Assembly: GCA_964016885.1 (NCBI GenBank)
Contig: OZ024746.1
Coordinates: 86,738,001-86,802,000, forward strand
Origin: Eledone cirrhosa
Taxonomy: Eukaryota
DNA: 64,000 nt
Direction of reading: 5' to 3'
Under the pieces are notes generated by a model. That model did no database searches. It worked only from the letters and a program-made list of their open reading frames with translations, and was not told where the DNA came from. Below are positions 58,935-64,000 of the stretch, piece by piece. Each line of letters starts with the position of its first letter. The first letter of the stretch is position 1. The translations under genes were made by a program, and so were the position numbers.

Positions 58935-60275
58935 ATCAGTCCACACTTGTTTTACATTGATGATCTGAAATTATAGATATGCAAAAGATGACAAAGATTT
59001 GAAATTCTGACTGGTAAATTCAGTGATGATATCAAAATGGAATTTAGTCTAGAAAAGCTACATAAATCAGGTGAATTGACAGCTACTACCTCGACCTAAC
59101 TTGGTAATTATACAACTATCAAGGATCAAGATCATGAAGGCTTTTATAAATATCTTTGTGTAAATGAACGGAAATGGATTAGCCACGAGTCGATGGAAGA
59201 GAAGCTCAAGAAAGAACATTATAGACGTGTTAGAATGGTCATGAACTCTGAGCTAAACTCCCAGAATAGAATTGAAGCTATAAACTCTCTGGCTGCCTCT
59301 TATCCAGTGTAATCTTAAAGCAATCACATGGAATTTGAGTCAACTCCAACGGATGTATATAGAGACTATGGAACTTTTTACATCAAACATGACGTATCAC
59401 CCGAAAGTAGATATCCATAGGCGATTTCTCACACAAAAGGAGAATGGAGGAAGCCTAATCCAATTTGAAACGTCTTATAAAACGACCACAATAGGTCACC
59501 ACATGTACATCCAAAGTAAACCGTTTGGATGATACAGTTGGTAGAACAACACAAACAGGGTAAGAAACTGCACCCAGCCTTGAAGGAGGTGTATAAACAC
59601 AGACGAGAGATTAATCTTCCTAATCATGATGGCAGCAATACAATTCAAGACAAAAGCCAAAGAGGAAAGGCTGAAGCAGATATCGAACAGTGGCAAGAGA
59701 AAGTATTGCATGTGCAATACCTCAAACGAGCTGAGGAAGTTGGTGTAGATATGAAAAAAAACCTATCTATGAATGCATAGCACTGGTTTGCAAGCATAAA
59801 CCAAAAGATCTATCATAGCGGCTTAGCTTCAGCATCTGCTCAGCTCAAGGTAATATCTTGCACGATTGGGCAGACACAATGTGCAGAACCTGCGTTGAAA
59901 ATTTCGAGGGCATTGACCATACCATACCTACAGAATATATAACCAGGCATCATCGAGTTGACCAATACTTGCACTGGAGAATATACCGCCACTATGATAT
60001 CCAGCACCCTAATACCTGGTATGTACACCATCCCCAGCCAGTCACGGAGGGAGATAATATCACCTTCCTATTGGAATACGGGATACATACAGACAGGCAA
60101 AAAATACTAACAGACCAGGCATCATTATAAAAGATTAAAAGGAAAGAAACATGCCTGTTAATAGACATCGCGGTGCCTACTGATAGAAACATCTCAGCCA
60201 AAGAATTTGAAAAACTATCTAAATATAAGGCCCTTGAGATTGAGATATTTAGGATGTGGCAAATAAATCCCAAAT
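58935..60275 (+). pseudogene. Older, degenerate R4/Dong-like LINE fragment
   Basis: HLFYIDDLKL, YKYL, HPKVDIHR, CRTC..IDH, RHHRV..YLHW, WYVHHPQPV and LLIDIAVPTDRNISAKEFEKLSKY, interrupted by many stops. Confidence 0.8.
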
Positions 60276-60354
60276 CATCCCTATTGTTGATAAATAATAT
60301 ATTTCTGCTTTCTTCCCGATTGAACATTACTGTCCTCTTTCCTTTTTTACCTAC

Positions 60355-60401
<47 letters not shown>

Positions 60402-60407
<6 letters not shown>

Positions 60408-63400
60408 GGGTATGACATTAAACTACATCCAGTGGCAAGGCTCCAGTTCGGGAGTTCAGGAGATGTGGGGAATGTGGAGTTACCCCTTAATTGTCATGAC
60501 TCCCAGGCCTGCCCTGGCCCGGGGTGGTAGAACCTGTTAGGGCTCCATTTATGGGTTAAATAACTACCTTATTCGAGTGGCGCCGGTAAGGTAATGTCAG
60601 CCATTGAAAAGAAATATGGAGAATCGATCTAACAGCACTAGGGTTAGAGCCCCTAATTACACTGTCAAGGAGCAGCCTGGTCGTTATGACTCTGCTGGCT
60701 TAGAGCCACAGAGAGGGCCAGTGGATGATGGATGAGCTGTCTCTGAGACAAATATAAAGAATGCAGTTTTGTCCTGCAGAAGAGCCATCAAAATGGGCAC
60801 TTTGAATGTGAGGACTGTTCGAACGCTGGAGAAGAGAGAGGAGTTGGGACATCTGTTCGAGGAGAGTGGTATACAGATACTTGCGATCCAAGAACACAGG
60901 ATTCTACACGATGAGCCCGTGAGGAGTGTGATGATCGGGAGGAAGAGCCAGCTCATCACTACATCGGCAGTGAAGAACACAACAAATGCTGCAGTAGGAG
61001 GAGTGGGTTTTGTGTTCAGTGCAAAAACCAATCTGTTGGTGAGGGAAATAATGCCTATCTCCCCGCGAGTGTTGAGGGTGACCTTCAATGGAAACCCAAG
61101 ACTGACAGTCATCTCAGCCTATAGTCCAACCGAGGGGGACAGTGATGTGAATGCGGAGGAGTTCCACGAGGAGGTGTGTAGAGCTGTCAACACCACTCAG
61201 GCACACAATATCCTGCTTGTTTTGGGGGACTTCAATGCACATCTGAGTAAGGAGGGCAGTGAAGATCCTTGCTGGTACTTCCATAACAACACCAACCGAA
61301 ATGGAAGACTACTGAGAGACACCCTGCTGGAGGCGAACTTGATGGCGACCAACCTAAGGTTTAGGAAGAATCTGGGGAAGATGTGGACCTACATCTAAGA
61401 TATGCACCTGTCCAAGTCCCAGATTGATTTCATTCTGGTGAGGAAAAAGTGGCGGAATAGTGTTCTGAACACGGAACCATACAGCTATTTCAGTACACTG
61501 GGCAGTGACCACCGGCTTGTTATGAGTGAGGTCCGCGTGAGCTTAAGAAAGAGCAAGGCTCAGCCCCGGAGAACAATCTATGACTGGGGAGCTTTCAAGG
61601 AAGATGATAAGCTACAGGAGAGGTTCACAGTGGAAGTGAGAAACAGGTTTAGTGCTCTGTGCGGAGAGTCAGAGGAGAGAGAGATTGGATGGACTGAGGA
61701 GAGTGTGACGAGGAGGTACGGGCACTTCACCAATGCAGTGGCGGAAGCAAGTGAAACCCTGGTGCCGAGGAAAAAGAACAAAGGGAAGCACGTCAGCTCT
61801 GCAAACCCAAAAATGTGTGCAGCCAGAGAACACCTGAAAGCTGCCAGGGACCAATTCTATGCTGATCCTACGGAGGAGAGGATGGAGACTGTGGAGGTGA
61901 TGAGGGAAGAGCTCTGTACCGCTTACACTGAGGTCAGAGAGGAGGCACTGATAGAGAAGATCAGAAGTGTGGAGAGAGCGGTTGACAGATCTGGATGTAA
62001 GGAGAGCTGGATGATCATCAACGAGATCACAGGGAGGAAGAGAAGGTGTTCGAGTCAGATCCAGGGAACGGGGCCCGAGGATAGGAAGAGGAAATGGCTA
62101 GACCATTTTAGGACCCTACTAGGAGAGCCACCCTCCACAGCCCAGAGCACTGGGGAGATCAGGCGGCTGTTTGAGGAACTGGATGTTGAGACAGAGCCCT
62201 TCACCAGAGAGGAGCTTCAGAGAGCCAAGAAGAAGATCAAGGAGGGCAAGGCTCATGGAGAAGATGGAGTGGCATCAGAGGTGATGAAGAGGTGTGATTT
62301 TGATGATATCATCCTGGGATTCTGTAACGGGGCACTGGAGAAAGGAGTTGCCCCGAATCAGTGGAGGATCAGTAACATCGTCCCAGTGCCAAAGAAGGGA
62401 GATCTCTCTAACACCAACAACTACCGGGGATCTCACTGACGTCACTTGTAGCAAAGACCCTCAACAGGATGATTCTTAACAGGATCCAGCCTGAGATGGA
62501 GAAGAAGCTCAGGGACAACCAGAACGGCTTCAGAGAGGGTAGATCAACCACCAGTCACATCCTGATGCTGAGGAGGATATTAGATGGAGCTAGAGCAAAG
62601 TGCCTTCCTGCGGTCATGGTTTTCATTGACTTTAGGAAGGCCTATGATTCTGTGGACCGTTACTGCCTGATGAAGATCTTACAGGCTTATGGAATCCCCA
62701 AGAGGATAGTGGACCTGATATCACTGCTCTACACCAACACCAAAGCCCAAGTCATTACACCTGATGGGATGACAGAGTTTTTTGAGATACTGGCTGGAGT
62801 GCTCCAGGGAGATACATTGGCTCCCTACCTTTTTATCATCGTAGTGGACTATTGTATGCGCCTTGCACTGGAGAAACACCAGGACTCTGGCTTTACTGTA
62901 GCACCGGCTCAGAGCAGGAGAGTTAGGGCGAAAAAGGTATCGGATGCTGAATTTGCCGACGACATAGTTTTGGTGACAAATACAGTGAAGGAGGCAGAGG
63001 ATTTGATGCGGGAGGTTGAGACTGTGTCGATGAGTGTGGGGCTGAGAATGAATGAGACTAAAACAAAATATCTGGTAGAGAATGTTGAGAAGCCAGAGGG
63101 GATCACTAATGTAGGCGGGAAGCCGCTGGAATTGGTTGAGGACTTCCTGTATTTGGGAGCAAAGATTGGGAATACGGAAGATGATGTGGTTGAGAGGAAG
63201 AGCAAGGCCTGGGCGGCGTGCCACAGCTTCAGATCGGTGTGGAAGTCGGACCTTCGTAGAGACCTGAAAATCCTCCTCTTCATTGCTGTAGTGGAGTCTG
63301 TGCTGCTGTATGGGTCTGAGACTTGGACACTGACCAAGAAACTCACTCAGATGGTGGATGGGTGCTACACGAGAATGCTGAGGATGGCTCTGAACATTAA

Positions 63401-63710
63401 TCAGTATACACTGAGGATGAAAAACTCAGAGCTGTATGGGATCATCCCAAAAGTCAGCTCAAAAGTGACACAGAGGAGACTGAGGTTGGCTGGACATGCT
63501 CACCGACATCCAGAGTTGACATTAAACTCAGTGCTCCTTTGGGAGCCCCTACATGGACACGCTAGAAGAGGAAGACCAAGGTTAACATATGTTGATGCCC
63601 TAAGGACAGACACTGGTCTGTTGGAAATGCAGGATATGGCAGCGATAATGAGGGACAGAGACCGCTGGAGAGAACTCGTCCATGGATCTCGGGAATTTTA
63701 CCCGCCTTAG
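60402..63710 (+). mobile_element. Near-full-length RTE-group LINE inserted in (TA)n
   Basis: An ~3.3-kb GC-richer block bounded by (TA)n on both sides, with a structured 5' leader and one EN-RT reading frame. Confidence 0.9.
60769..63710 (+). pseudogene. APE endonuclease plus reverse transcriptase ORF with one stop and one frameshift
   Basis: GTLNVRT, LAIQEHR, SAYSPT, LGDFNA, QIDFIL and GSDH (APE). VPKKGD, NYRG/ISL, FIDFRKAYDSV, GVLQGDTLAP, FADD and FLYLG (RT). TAA at 61396-61398; 1-nt frameshift near 62430. The true start may be upstream. Confidence 0.92.
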
Positions 63711-63743
63711 ATATATATATATATATATTTGTTTGTGTGTGTG

Positions 63744-63933
63744 TAGGAAAAGAGTCGGGACCCCGACGGCTGAGCTCCGGCCGCTGCAACAGCTAGATTT
63801 AGTTCAGATCTAGCTGTCGAATCGGCCGGAGTTCAGCCGTCGAGGTCCCGACTATTTTCCTATCACCCACTCTACTACCCAAAGTATTGAGTACTCTGGT
63901 GCGTTATGGCCCACCTAGTATCTTACCACACAC

Positions 63934-63937
<4 letters not shown>
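63744..63937 (+). mobile_element. Family B hairpin+tail element, full-length
   Basis: About 55-bp arms around a ~9-nt loop, then the conserved tail and (TA)n. Confidence 0.8.
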
Positions 63938-63970
<33 letters not shown>

Positions 63971-64000
63971 TATAAGAACAGATTAAAGTTTAAACAAAGA

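Noticed and set aside
55113-63346. ORFs antisense to the LINE reading frames
   Set aside because: They are shadows of RT coding sequence. The N-terminal part of ORF 56796-57767 is antisense R4 sequence fused to Tx1.

Overview
AT-rich, repeat-saturated eukaryotic DNA, intergenic or intronic. The SINE families and the density of (TA)n/(CA)n/(TCTA)n tracts suggest an octopod cephalopod; this is inference from recognition, not a database search. I found no host protein-coding gene, and most supplied ORFs are microsatellite read-throughs. Recognisable coding remnants are all transposon-derived: a Tc1/mariner transposase relic (9.3-10 kb), short LINE 3' ends, and a LINE cluster at 54.9-63.7 kb (Tx1/L1-like, two R4/Dong-like, and one near-full-length RTE-like copy sitting in (TA)n). 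A tRNA-derived SINE occurs about 15 times, often in tandem, and its 3' tail matches the 3' end of the Tx1-like LINE. The most striking unannotated signal is a set of short non-coding inserts of several unrelated sequence families, nearly all in or beside (TA)n tracts. They combine a fold-back inverted repeat, a minimal type I hammerhead ribozyme with a palindromic stem III, and a short unique tail; not every insert has all three parts. Two have complete catalytic cores and good stems (7516-7576 minus, 20053-20134 plus). This resembles Penelope-like/retrozyme retroelements that target TA repeats and carry self-primed hairpin ends.
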